The notes under the pieces were generated by a model. It was given only the letters and a program-made list of their open reading frames with translations. It was not told where the DNA came from and did not search any database. Below, one piece after another: positions 38,932 through 49,165 of a DNA stretch of 64,000 bases; the stretch's first letter is position 1; the number at the start of each line of letters is the position of its first letter. Both the position numbers and the translations under genes were made by a program. The stretch comes from an uncultured Clostridium sp. (GTDB lineage Bacteria; Bacillota; Clostridia; TANB77; CAG-508): positions 68,363-132,362 of the forward strand of contig CAJMJN010000002.1 in the NCBI GenBank assembly GCA_905213875.1. Reading direction: 5' to 3'.

Positions 38932-40518
38932 TTATCCATATATATTATAATCAATATCAGGGAAGAGACAATCTTTTTTATTAATATCTTTTAAGAAATC
39001 TTCATCAATTTTATTATCTTTAATTTGATAATAAAGTTTTGTAAAACGTCCAATATGGTCTTTTATTCTTTTTTTAGCATAATCAACCATTGTACCATTT
39101 GTAATTATAAACAGCCAATCACTACTTTGAGCAAGTAAAAGTTCTCTTGCACATTGATTTAATGCTTTTTTCTTAAGCCCTTTAGCATTAGGGTATAAGC
39201 TAGCTAATTCACACATTCTGTCACCAGCTGTATGTAAATGTCTATGTACATAATCATTTGAAGGATTTAACCATACTTCGCTATATCCATTAGCACCCCA
39301 ACTTGAACGACAAGGAGAAGCTACTTGAATATTTGGGTATTTATCAATATATTCTGATGGAGTAATAAGTTTAAAGTTACAATCATCATAATAAATTTTC
39401 TTAAATAAAATATATAACCAGTAAGGTCCTTCATACCACCAATGACCATAAAGTTCTGCATCATAAGGACATAAAATAATAGGTGGGTGGTCCATATAAG
39501 GTGCTATATCATTAATTTGTTTTGTTCTAGAATCTAAGAAATGACCAGCTTGTCTTTCTGCAGAATCTTTAGCCCATTGAACATTATAATAATCTTTAAA
39601 TTCAGTTTTTCCAGTTATTCTATAATATTTTATGCCAGTGTGAACTCTAACACCATTATGTGCAATATATGGTTTGATATAATCATAATCTGCTTCATAA
39701 CCAATATCACGATAAAATTCACGATAATTATAGTCACCTGGATAACCATTAATTGAACTCCATACTTGTCTAGAAGATTCAATGTCACGTCCAAAAGCTA
39801 CAACACCTTCTGGAGAAACTATAGGAGCAAATGTACCATAAACAGGTGTAGGGTCTGCATATAAAATTCCGTGTGACTCTGTAATTATATATTCAATACC
39901 AAATTCTTTTAGATATTTATCTGCTTCAGGAACATAACCACATTCTGGAAGCCATATACCGCGAGGTTTTTTGCCAAAATATCTTTCATAAGTTTGAACA
40001 CCAACTGCAATTTGGGCTTTTACAGTTTTCTCATTTACATATAGGATAGGAAAATAACCATGTGTTGCGCCACAAGTTATAATTTCTAAGACGCCTAAAT
40101 CTTGGAAATGTTTAAAACCTTGTATAATATTACATTTAAAAACATCTTTAAATAAATGTAAATCATCTGAATAACGTTCATAATAATAATGTGAAAGCTT
40201 ATTTAAACGTTCGTCTCCAGCTGTACGTTTGATTTCTTTTTCAGATAATTCAATTAATTGTTTTAAATAATTAATGTATTTTTTTTGTAGTAATTTGTTA
40301 TCTAACATAGAAAGTAGTGGAGGAGTCATAGACATTGTGATTCTAAAATCAACACCTTCGTCCACTAATTTTTTAAAATTTCTAAGTAATGGTAAGTAAG
40401 TTTCAGAAATAGCTTCATATAACCAAGATTCCTCTAAATAATCATCACTTTCAGGGTGGTGAATAAATGGTAAATGTGCATGAAGTACAAAACTTACATA
40501 TCCTTTTTTCTCTTGCAT
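38932..40518 (-). CDS. GH57-family 1,4-alpha-glucan branching enzyme
   Basis: GYVSFVLHAHLPFIHHPE, EIITCGATHGYFP, WLPECGY, CPYDAELYGHWWYEGP. Confidence 0.85.
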   Translation of the reverse strand: MQEKKGYVSFVLHAHLPFIHHPESDDYLEESWLYEAISETYLPLLRNFKKLVDEGVDFRITMSMTPPLLSMLDNKLLQKKYINYLKQLIELSEKEIKRTAGDERLNKLSHYYYERYSDDLHLFKDVFKCNIIQGFKHFQDLGVLEIITCGATHGYFPILYVNEKTVKAQIAVGVQTYERYFGKKPRGIWLPECGYVPEADKYLKEFGIEYIITESHGILYADPTPVYGTFAPIVSPEGVVAFGRDIESSRQVWSSINGYPGDYNYREFYRDIGYEADYDYIKPYIAHNGVRVHTGIKYYRITGKTEFKDYYNVQWAKDSAERQAGHFLDSRTKQINDIAPYMDHPPIILCPYDAELYGHWWYEGPYWLYILFKKIYYDDCNFKLITPSEYIDKYPNIQVASPCRSSWGANGYSEVWLNPSNDYVHRHLHTAGDRMCELASLYPNAKGLKKKALNQCARELLLAQSSDWLFIITNGTMVDYAKKRIKDHIGRFTKLYYQIKDNKIDEDFLKDINKKDCLFPDIDYNIYG

Positions 40519-40611
40519 AATTTTCTCCTTTATTACTAATTTAATATTTGTACATAAAAAGAAATGGCGACAGTAAAGTCGCTATACTTTTTTAGATAAG
40601 AATTTGTATAA

Positions 40612-41478
40612 TTATGAAGATGGGTGAGAAGATGGATTTGTTAAATCATAAATATCTTCAACATTTTCATTTTTATAAATTGTTTTATATAAATCATAAA
40701 TATTATAAATTTTTCCCATATTTCTCATAAATGATAGTGATGCAAATTGTTTTTCTTGTGTAGCACCTGTTTTTACATTTCTAAAATAAACCATTTTTTG
40801 TTCTTTATTAAGTAAAATTCTATCATTTGGAGCTTCTAATTCATTAGATGTAGTTACATAAATGTAATCTGTGTGTTCCAATTTATCTTTCTTAATAATA
40901 GGACGTCTACCAAGTTCAATTCTATAATCACATTTACTATCTGCAACATGTAAATACCAACTATTAGCAAAATCGTTAATTTCAACTTCAAAACTATAAT
41001 TTAGAGTATCATTATGTACAATTAAAACAGGTCTAGTTTCATTGAAAAAGTTTTCTCCATATTGTTCTTCAAAAGTTTTTCTATCTTTATCAGAAATATC
41101 CCAATAAATAAATAGCGTAGTTGGTGTTTGTGCTAAAAGTTTTATAACAGTTTGATTGTAACGATATGGTAAATCATAATATTCTACAGTTTCAAGAGGT
41201 TTTGAAACTCTTTTTGTTACTTTTTTAGCAACAGTTTTTTTAGCAACTTTATTTGTAGTTTTTTTGTTATTTGAACGTTTTGCAGTAGTATTATTAGTTG
41301 CTTTTTTGGTACCAGTTGTTTTTGATGTTGTTTTAGAGTTAGCAGCTTTAGCTGTCTTTTTTGAGCTAGTAGTTTTTGAAGCAGTTTTAGTTGTTGAAAT
41401 TTTTGAGTTTGTTTTCTTAGTAGATGTTGTTTTATTTTCTAATTCTTTTCCTTTTTGTTCTTTTGTTTTTCTTGGCAT
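40612..41478 (-). CDS. DUF4912 protein with a K/T-rich low-complexity N-terminus
   Basis: AGGAGG RBS before ATG 41478. Core YDLPYRYNQTVIKLLAQTPTTLFIYWDISD. Confidence 0.7.
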   Translation of the reverse strand: MPRKTKEQKGKELENKTTSTKKTNSKISTTKTASKTTSSKKTAKAANSKTTSKTTGTKKATNNTTAKRSNNKKTTNKVAKKTVAKKVTKRVSKPLETVEYYDLPYRYNQTVIKLLAQTPTTLFIYWDISDKDRKTFEEQYGENFFNETRPVLIVHNDTLNYSFEVEINDFANSWYLHVADSKCDYRIELGRRPIIKKDKLEHTDYIYVTTSNELEAPNDRILLNKEQKMVYFRNVKTGATQEKQFASLSFMRNMGKIYNIYDLYKTIYKNENVEDIYDLTNPSSHPSS

Positions 41479-41697
41479 TATTATCCTCCTATGTAATCTC
41501 ATTTTATCTACACACTATATTATACTAAAAGCAGAATAAATTCAAGAGAAATGAGGAAGATTTTAAAAAAATAAAAAATATATACAAAATAAAAATAATG
41601 TTGAAAACTAATATAAAAAAAGTAAGGCTAATAGTTGAAAAACTATCAGTTTTTTGATATTATAACATATAGTTAGTTATGAATTTAGGAGAGGTAT

Positions 41698-43389
41698 ATG
41701 AATAAAAAGTGGCAAATATGCGAAACAGATAAAGAGAAAGTAGATGAACTAAAAAGCAAATATAATATAAGTGAGTTACTTGCTACTATATTAGTAAATA
41801 AAAATATAACAACGCAAAAGGAAATAAACGAATTTTTGAATCCAACAAGAAACGATTTTTTTGATCCATTTTTAATGAATGACATGGACATTGCTATTAA
41901 AAGAATAAAAAAAGCAATTGAAAATCAAGAAAAAGTTATCATTTATGGAGATTATGATGTTGATGGAATTACAAGTATTACAGTTCTAAAAAGCTTTTTA
42001 AAAGATGTAGGATTAGATGTCGATTATTATATCCCAAATAGGTTAGAAGAAGGTTATGGTCTAAACAAAAATGCAATAGATGAAATTGCAAAAAAAGAAT
42101 ATAAATTAATGATTACAGTAGATTGTGGAATATCTGCAATAGAAGAAGTGGATTATGCGAATTCTTTAGGAATAGAAGTTATTATAACAGATCATCATGA
42201 ACCAGGAGATGAAATTCCCAAAGCATTGGCAGTAGTTGACAATAAAAGAAAAGATAATAAATATCCATTTAGAGAATTAGCTGGTGTTGGTGTAGCATTT
42301 AAAGTATCCCAGGCGTTAGCACAAAGCATGAATATTAGAGAAGAAGAATATTTAAAATATTTAGATATTGTATGTGTTGGAACAATATCAGATATAGTGC
42401 CATTAGTGAGTGAAAATAGAGTAATTACAAAATTAGGACTAAAGTTAGTTAAACAAACACGAAATATGGGATTAAGAGCAATTATAAATTCATCTGGATA
42501 TAGTCAAATAAATTCTACAACAATATCATTTGGAGTAGCACCGAGAATAAATGCTTGTGGAAGGATGGGAAAGGCAGAACAAGCTTTAAAATTATTACTT
42601 TCTAAAGATATATATGAAGTAAATAAATTAACACAAGAATTAAACAGTTATAATAGAGAAAGACAAGAAATCGAAAAAGAAATATTTGAAAATGTATTAA
42701 CAAAGATTGAACAAAATAATTTAGCTAAAAATAGAACAATTGTAGTGGGAGGAGAAAATTGGCATCATGGAGTAATTGGAATAGTTTCTTCTAAAATTAC
42801 AGAAAAATATTTTAAGCCAAGTATCTTATTAAGCTTTGAAGAAGACGGAACCGGAAAAGGCTCAGGAAGAAGTATTCCAGGATTTGATTTACACGAAGCT
42901 TTGATGAAATGTGAAAATTGTTTAGAAAAATTTGGCGGGCACAGTATGGCAGTGGGTCTTACAATAAAAAAAGAAAATTTAGAACAATTTTATAAAGAAT
43001 TTGAAAAAATAGCTGAAGAAAATGAAATAGAAAATATAATACCAATAATTAATGTAGATGCTAAAATAGAATTAGATAAAATTGATAAATCAGTTGTAGA
43101 AGATTTAAAACAATTAGAACCATTTGGCGAAGCCAACAAAACTCCAACATTTGCTCTTAAAAATATAAGAATTGACTCAATAAGAGCTTTATCAGAAGGA
43201 AAACATTTGAAATTAACACTAAGGGAAAATAATCAAATAATAAATGCAATAGGCTTTAATATAGGAGAATTGGCAGAGGCTTATAAAATTGGAGATAAAA
43301 TAGATATTGCAGGGGTTTTGGAAATAAATACATTTAATGGGATTGATAATTTGCAAATAAATATAAAAGATATAATGAAATCAATATAG
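41698..43389 (+). CDS. recJ: Single-stranded-DNA-specific exonuclease RecJ
   Basis: IYGDYDVDGITS, TVDCGIS, ITDHHEP, GGHSMAVG. Confidence 0.95.
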   Translation: MNKKWQICETDKEKVDELKSKYNISELLATILVNKNITTQKEINEFLNPTRNDFFDPFLMNDMDIAIKRIKKAIENQEKVIIYGDYDVDGITSITVLKSFLKDVGLDVDYYIPNRLEEGYGLNKNAIDEIAKKEYKLMITVDCGISAIEEVDYANSLGIEVIITDHHEPGDEIPKALAVVDNKRKDNKYPFRELAGVGVAFKVSQALAQSMNIREEEYLKYLDIVCVGTISDIVPLVSENRVITKLGLKLVKQTRNMGLRAIINSSGYSQINSTTISFGVAPRINACGRMGKAEQALKLLLSKDIYEVNKLTQELNSYNRERQEIEKEIFENVLTKIEQNNLAKNRTIVVGGENWHHGVIGIVSSKITEKYFKPSILLSFEEDGTGKGSGRSIPGFDLHEALMKCENCLEKFGGHSMAVGLTIKKENLEQFYKEFEKIAEENEIENIIPIINVDAKIELDKIDKSVVEDLKQLEPFGEANKTPTFALKNIRIDSIRALSEGKHLKLTLRENNQIINAIGFNIGELAEAYKIGDKIDIAGVLEINTFNGIDNLQINIKDIMKSI

Positions 43390-43410
43390 GAAATAAGAGG
43401 GGTGAACATT

Positions 43411-45606
43411 ATGAGTGAAGTAAAAAATGCAACTATACAAGAAGTAATTGCAAAAAGAAAAGAACATTCTAAAAGACATGTTGACACAAAATTAATTATG
43501 AAAGCATATAACTATGCTGTTAACTTACATGGTGATCAAAAAAGAAAGTCAGGAGAACCATATATTATACATCCACTTGATGTAGCCTATATTTTAGCAG
43601 ATATAGGACTAGATGATAAGACTGTATGTGCAGCACTTTTACATGATGTTGTAGAAGATACTAAAGCAAGCCAAGAAGATATAACAAAAGAGTTTGGACA
43701 AGAAATATCAGACATGGTAGCAGGTGTTACAAAATTAAGTAAAATATCATTTGCATCTGTTGAAGAACAACAAGTTGAAAACTACAGAAAAATGTTTTTA
43801 GCAATGGGAAAAGATATAAGAGTAATACTAATAAAATTAGCAGATAGATTACATAATATGAGAACATTAAAATTCTTAAAAAGAGATAGGCAAATAGCAA
43901 TAAGCAAAGAAACAATGGATTTATATGCGCCATTAGCTAATAGATTAGGTCTATATTCTTTAAAATGGGAATTAGAAGATTTAGCATTTAAATATTTATA
44001 TCCAGAAGAATATCACGAACTAGTTGAAGGAATAAACAAAAAGAGAGAAGAAAGACTAAAATTTATTGACAAAATAATGAATGATATTAGAGTATCATTA
44101 AAAAAACAAAGAATTGAAGCAGAAGTAACAGGAAGAGCAAAACATTTATATTCAATATACAGAAAAATGAAAAGAGATAATAAAACATTAGATCAAATAT
44201 ATGATTTATTTGCACTTAGAATATTAGTAAATTCAGTAAAAGACTGTTATGCTGCATTAGGTGTAGTTCACGAGATGTATAGTCCTATGCCAGGAAGATT
44301 TAAAGACTATATTGCTGTACCAAAACCTAATATGTATCAATCTATACATACAACTTTATTAGGAGAAAAAGGAACACCGTTTGAAGTTCAAATACGTACA
44401 TATCAAATGCATCATATAGCAGAATATGGTATTGCTGCACATTGGGCATATAAAGAAGCTAGTTATTTTGGTAAAAAACAATCTGTACAAGTAGAACCAG
44501 ATAAATTAACATGGCTTAGAGAAACATTAGAATGGCAAAAAGATATGGAAAATCCTCAAGAATTTTTGGAAACATTAAAAACAGAATTATTTGAAGATGA
44601 AGTTTATGTATTTACACCAAAAGGAAAGATAATTGTATTACCAAGAGAAGCTACACCAATAGACTTCGCGTATAATATTCATGCAGAAATAGGACACCAT
44701 ATGACAGGGTGTAAGATTAATAGTAAAATGATGCCAATAATTACACCTTTAAAAAGTGGAGATATTGTAGAAATTATTACATCAGATAATTCTCAAGGAC
44801 CAAGTAGAGACTGGCTAAAATTTGTAAAAAGTTCTAGTGCAAAAAATAAAATAAAAAGTTGGTTCAAAAAAGCTCAACGTTCAGAAAATATTGAAAAAGG
44901 TAAGGACTTGGTAGAAAAAGAAATTAAAAGAATAGGCTTAACACATACGGATTTATTTAAGCAAGAATATATAGATCCTATGATGAACAAATATAATTAT
45001 AAGGATTTAGACGAAATGTATGCTGCTGTTGGATTTGGTGCTAATTCAGCATTTAAAGTTATCTCTAGAGTATTACAAGAATATAGAAAAGAACATGTTG
45101 AAGATGATATTGAAGAAAAAATGGAAGAATTGGCAAAAGGTAAAAACAAGAAAACAAAGCCATCAAATTCAGGAGTAGTTGTAAAAGGAATAGATAATTG
45201 TTTAGTAAAATTAGCAAAATGTTGTAACCCTGTTCCAGGCGATGAAATTATAGGATATATAACAAAGGGAAGAGGAGTATCTGTACATAGAAAAGACTGC
45301 ACAAATATTAAAAATTTAATATCAGAAGAAAATAGAATGATTGATGTTGAATGGTATGATGAAAATAAAGAAACTTATCAAACAGATATTGAAATTCGTT
45401 CAAATGATAGAACAGGATTGTTATTAGATATATTAAAAGAACTTGGAACAACAAAAGCAAAAATTTTAGGTGTTAATACAAAAACAACAAAAGAAAAAAT
45501 TGCAATAATAGTTGTAACTTTACAAGTAGAAAGTTTAGATGAGTTAAACAAAGCAATAAAAGTAACAAGAAAAGTAAACAGCGTATATGAAGTAAGACGT
45601 ATATAA
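43411..45606 (+). CDS. relA: Bifunctional (p)ppGpp synthetase/hydrolase Rel
   Basis: HD domain (HPLDVA, LHDVVEDT), synthetase (GRAKHLYSIYRKM, DLFALRI, YQSIHTT), TGS and ACT domains. Confidence 0.95.
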   Translation: MSEVKNATIQEVIAKRKEHSKRHVDTKLIMKAYNYAVNLHGDQKRKSGEPYIIHPLDVAYILADIGLDDKTVCAALLHDVVEDTKASQEDITKEFGQEISDMVAGVTKLSKISFASVEEQQVENYRKMFLAMGKDIRVILIKLADRLHNMRTLKFLKRDRQIAISKETMDLYAPLANRLGLYSLKWELEDLAFKYLYPEEYHELVEGINKKREERLKFIDKIMNDIRVSLKKQRIEAEVTGRAKHLYSIYRKMKRDNKTLDQIYDLFALRILVNSVKDCYAALGVVHEMYSPMPGRFKDYIAVPKPNMYQSIHTTLLGEKGTPFEVQIRTYQMHHIAEYGIAAHWAYKEASYFGKKQSVQVEPDKLTWLRETLEWQKDMENPQEFLETLKTELFEDEVYVFTPKGKIIVLPREATPIDFAYNIHAEIGHHMTGCKINSKMMPIITPLKSGDIVEIITSDNSQGPSRDWLKFVKSSSAKNKIKSWFKKAQRSENIEKGKDLVEKEIKRIGLTHTDLFKQEYIDPMMNKYNYKDLDEMYAAVGFGANSAFKVISRVLQEYRKEHVEDDIEEKMEELAKGKNKKTKPSNSGVVVKGIDNCLVKLAKCCNPVPGDEIIGYITKGRGVSVHRKDCTNIKNLISEENRMIDVEWYDENKETYQTDIEIRSNDRTGLLLDILKELGTTKAKILGVNTKTTKEKIAIIVVTLQVESLDELNKAIKVTRKVNSVYEVRRI

Positions 45607-45676
45607 TTTATTAAGTTAACAATATCGTTATAAACTTTATATAAGAGAGCAAAAAGAATAAAAAGGAAATGAGGAA

Positions 45677-46324
45677 ATGATTTTAAAAGAACTAAAGATA
45701 CAAACTTGGATAGGAGATCCAACAAATTGTTATATAATATTTGATGAAAAATCAAAAGAAACTATGGTAATAGATCCAGCAGGAGATGTAGATAAAATCC
45801 AAGAAATGATAAATATTTTAGGAGGAAAATTAAAATACATATATATAACACATTGCCATGGAGATCATATTGTTGGTGTATCAGAATTAAAGAAAAAATG
45901 TGGTGGGAAAATATTAATTCATAGAGATGATGCAGAAGGTTTAGATAATGCGGAAATTAATTTAACACCATATATATTAGAAAAAAAGATAGAATTAGAA
46001 GCTGATTCAAGAATAGATGATGGAGATTTAATACATTTAGGAAATCTTGAATTTAGAGTGATACATACACCTGGACACACAAAAGGAGGAACATCACTTT
46101 ATTGTGAAGAAGAAAAATGCTTATTCTCAGGAGATACATTATTTAGAGGAACATGGGGAAGAACAGATGTACCAACAGGTAACTTTGAAGATATAATAAA
46201 CTCAATTGTAAATAAATTATTAGTATTACCAGATGAAACAATTTGTTATCCAGGACATGGATTAAGTACACGAATAAAAGATGAAAAACCAATATATTTA
46301 GAATTAAAACCAAAATTACCATAA
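45677..46324 (+). CDS. MBL-fold metallo-hydrolase
   Basis: ITHCHGDH, TPGHTKG, and GDTLF motifs. Confidence 0.85.
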   Translation: MILKELKIQTWIGDPTNCYIIFDEKSKETMVIDPAGDVDKIQEMINILGGKLKYIYITHCHGDHIVGVSELKKKCGGKILIHRDDAEGLDNAEINLTPYILEKKIELEADSRIDDGDLIHLGNLEFRVIHTPGHTKGGTSLYCEEEKCLFSGDTLFRGTWGRTDVPTGNFEDIINSIVNKLLVLPDETICYPGHGLSTRIKDEKPIYLELKPKLP

Positions 46325-46402
46325 ATATAAGTGGAGTTATAAAAATTTAAAATTGCATACTTAATAAAAGATATGAACAATAAAAAGAAAAGGAGAGAGA
46401 GT

Positions 46403-47695
46403 ATGGCAAAAACAGAACCACGAACATTATCTGGTTTTATGGAATTATTACCAGATGAGCAAATATTATTTAATCAAATGAAAAGAACAATAGAAGAAAC
46501 ATATCAAAAATATGGATTTTTACCATTGGACACACCAGTAATAGAATTATCAGAAGTATTACTTGCAAAAGCTGGTGGAGAAACAGAAAAACAAATATAT
46601 AGATTTAATAAAGGTGATAATGATTTATCATTAAGGTTTGACTTAACAGTACCACTTTCTAAATATGTAGCTAAAAACTATGGAAATCTAAATTTTCCGT
46701 TTAGAAGATATCAAATAGGGAAAGTATACCGAGGAGAAAGAACTCAAAAAGGAAGATTCCGTGAATTTTATCAATGTGATATAGATGTTATTGGAGATGG
46801 AGAATTAGACTTAATAAATGATGCTGAACTACCAAGTGTAATTTATACAATATTTACTAAATTAGGATTTTCTAATTTTACAATAAGAATTAATAATAGA
46901 AAAATATTAAATGGTTTATTTGAAAGTTTAAATCAAAAAGAAAAAGCAGTTGAAATTTTAAGGATAATAGACAAAATTGATAAAATAGGAAAAGATGCCG
47001 TAATAGAAGAACTAGAAAAAATAGAAGTAGAAAAAGAAGCGGTTGAAAAAATAATTGAATTTATTTCAATTAATGGAACTTCAGACGAAAAAATAGAAAA
47101 ACTAAAAAAATTAAACATAGAAAATGAAACATATATAAAAGGTGTAGAAGAACTAGAATATGTTGTAAAACATATGAGAATGTTTGAAATACCAGAAAAT
47201 AACTTTAATGTAGATTTAACTATAGCACGTGGACTAGATTATTATACAGGAACAGTATATGAAACATTTTTAAATGATTATAGAGAACTTGGAAGCGTAT
47301 GTTCTGGTGGTAGATATGAAAATTTAGCAGAATATTATACAGACAAAAAACTACCAGGAGTTGGAGTTTCAATTGGATTAACACGTTTATTCTATAAATT
47401 AAATGAAATGAATTTAATAAAAGCAAGTAAAAAATCAATATCAGAAGTATTAATAATACCAATGGTAGAAGATTTAACAATACCAATAAAAATAGCAAAT
47501 AAACTAAGAACTAAAGGAACAAATGCAGAAATATACTTAAATAACAAAAAGCTAAAAGCAAAATTTAAATATGCAGACAAACTAAAAATTCCATATGTAA
47601 TAGTTGTAGGAGAAGACGAAATACAGTCTGGAAAATATACTCTAAAAAATATGGAAACAGGGGAAGAACAAAAAATAGAGTTTGAAAATTTGTAA
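46403..47695 (+). CDS. hisS: Histidine-tRNA ligase
   Basis: RYQIGKVYRGERTQKGRFREFYQCD (motif 2), GGRYENL, GVSIGLTR (motif 3). Confidence 0.9.
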   Translation: MAKTEPRTLSGFMELLPDEQILFNQMKRTIEETYQKYGFLPLDTPVIELSEVLLAKAGGETEKQIYRFNKGDNDLSLRFDLTVPLSKYVAKNYGNLNFPFRRYQIGKVYRGERTQKGRFREFYQCDIDVIGDGELDLINDAELPSVIYTIFTKLGFSNFTIRINNRKILNGLFESLNQKEKAVEILRIIDKIDKIGKDAVIEELEKIEVEKEAVEKIIEFISINGTSDEKIEKLKKLNIENETYIKGVEELEYVVKHMRMFEIPENNFNVDLTIARGLDYYTGTVYETFLNDYRELGSVCSGGRYENLAEYYTDKKLPGVGVSIGLTRLFYKLNEMNLIKASKKSISEVLIIPMVEDLTIPIKIANKLRTKGTNAEIYLNNKKLKAKFKYADKLKIPYVIVVGEDEIQSGKYTLKNMETGEEQKIEFENL

Positions 47696-47760
47696 ACAAA
47701 TTCGTTATTTCTCAAAATGAAAATAGATACATAAATGTTATTTTAAGGATAAAGGAGCTA

Positions 47761-48132
47761 ATGTATATGAATAAAAATAGAAAAGTGATAATTATAGTTG
47801 GTGTGATTGTTTTGGCTATTCTTTTATTGGCGATGTTATTTTATTTAAATTTTAGAATACACATATTAAGAGTTACGGAAATTAGTGAGAAAACTTTGGA
47901 AACATCCGGGGATAACGAAAATATTACATATTTTATGTATGTAAACAATGACACTAATATTTATAAAAATTTTAAAAAATCTAAGATTACTGATTTAAAA
48001 AGCAACGATTTAGTAATTGTAATAAATAAGGTTCCTAAAGTAATGACAACAGAAGCATATGTGACTAATGATGGAAAAGATGCAATAAAAATTCCTGATG
48101 TGAAATTTATTGTAGTTTTGAAGAGTAATTAA
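47761..48132 (+). CDS. Small membrane-anchored hypothetical protein
   Basis: Signal-anchor VIIIVGVIVLAILLLAMLFYL. Confidence 0.45.
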   Translation: MYMNKNRKVIIIVGVIVLAILLLAMLFYLNFRIHILRVTEISEKTLETSGDNENITYFMYVNNDTNIYKNFKKSKITDLKSNDLVIVINKVPKVMTTEAYVTNDGKDAIKIPDVKFIVVLKSN

Positions 48133-48194
48133 AACAAATTTGTACAGCGTAGTTCTTATATTATACAAACTTTACAACGTTTCTAATATAAAGT

Positions 48195-48226
48195 AAAAAA
48201 TCTTCGGATAGATCGAAGATTTTTTA
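48195..48226. terminator. Bidirectional terminator between convergent genes
   Basis: aaaaaatcttcg / cgaagatttttt. Confidence 0.8.
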
Positions 48227-48856
48227 TTTGTATAAAAGAGTAATTCTATTCCCATCTTTTTGAATAAAACCATCTTCTTTTAAAAGCTTTAACTCTCTCA
48301 TCATTGCACTTCTATCAACACCTAAATAGTCTGCTAAGTCAGTAAGAGAAAGAGGTAATTTAAAAGATTTACTGAACTTTTGTGAAGAAAGAGAGGTAAA
48401 ATAACCAATTAGTTTGTCGCGAGTAGAACGTTTTGTTAGGAGTTCAACTCGAGCATTTAGATTAGTTATTTTATATAAGATTAATTCAGGGATATATTCA
48501 GAAAGTTGTTGATGAAATTTGCAACTATTTCTACATTTTTCATGAATATTATCATAAGAATAAAATAATACTTGACATCTTTCCCTGGCTTCAACTAGTA
48601 GTTCATTATTTGTAATAACATTGTAAAAAACTTCTCCAAAGATATCATTTTTAGAAAAGTGTTCTACAATAGTTCGATTACCATTAAAGTCATAACGAAC
48701 TAAGTCAGCATTTCCACTAATTAATATACAAAATTGACTTCTCTTTTCAATATAAGAAGTTATAACTTCATTTTTTACGAATGTTTTCTTTTGTGCTTTA
48801 ATACAACTTTTAGAAAATTCCTGAATAAAATTTTCTAAGTCAAAACTTAAATTCAT
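48224..48856 (-). CDS. Crp/Fnr-family transcriptional regulator
   Basis: cNMP-binding-like barrel (IFGEVF) and a C-terminal HTH (LSLTDLADYLGVDRSAMMRELKLLKEDG). A Cys pair, HEKCRNSCKFH, lies before the dimer helix. The likely start is ATG 48856 (MNLSFDLENF). Confidence 0.8.
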   Translation of the reverse strand: MNLSFDLENFIQEFSKSCIKAQKKTFVKNEVITSYIEKRSQFCILISGNADLVRYDFNGNRTIVEHFSKNDIFGEVFYNVITNNELLVEARERCQVLFYSYDNIHEKCRNSCKFHQQLSEYIPELILYKITNLNARVELLTKRSTRDKLIGYFTSLSSQKFSKSFKLPLSLTDLADYLGVDRSAMMRELKLLKEDGFIQKDGNRITLLYK

Positions 48857-48912
48857 ATAATCACATCCGTTTACATTTTCAAAACAATTATGGAAACAGT
48901 ATAACATAAAAA

Positions 48913-48928
48913 TGTTGCATTTGCAACT
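48913..48928. promoter_or_regulatory. Palindromic site tGTTGCAttTGCAACt, a candidate Crp/Fnr-family operator
   Basis: gttgca (48914-48919) pairs with tgcaac (48922-48927). It shares the motif tgttgcNtttgcaacNgaaaaa with the site at 49091. It overlaps a possible -35 (TTGCAA) of the regulator gene. Confidence 0.45.
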
Positions 48929-49090
48929 GAAAAACACAGGTTATGATACTATAATAGGCAATATTTGGCATAATACTAAACATAAAAAATAAAAATAAAA
49001 GAAATGTTAATGTGATATTTTTGTAATATAAATGTAATATTAGCAAATAAACTTAGAGCATTGCAATGTTCAAATTTCGACAAAATAATT

Positions 49091-49106
49091 TGTTGCTTTT
49101 GCAACA
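49091..49106. promoter_or_regulatory. Perfect 16-bp palindrome TGTTGC-TTTT-GCAACA upstream of nrdD
   Basis: Centre at 49098.5. TATAAT lies at 49127-49132, which puts the centre near -40 relative to the predicted start site. Confidence 0.5.
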
Positions 49107-49165
49107 GAAAAAGTTTTTCTTTAGTATATAATAAAGCCATAATTTACTTGAGGGGGAAATGTAGA

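Noticed and set aside
41264-41539. 91-aa plus-strand ORF rich in V, L and F
   Set aside because: It is the mirror image of the K/T-rich low-complexity N-terminus of the DUF4912 gene on the minus strand, so it is a shadow ORF.
46325-46402. T-box leader upstream of hisS
   Set aside because: The intergenic region is only about 78 nt and has no specifier, T-box or terminator structure.
48940-49165. NrdR boxes upstream of nrdD
   Set aside because: No pair of ACACnAtATaTnGTGT-like 16-mers was found. The repeated motif present is GTTGC-N-GCAAC instead.
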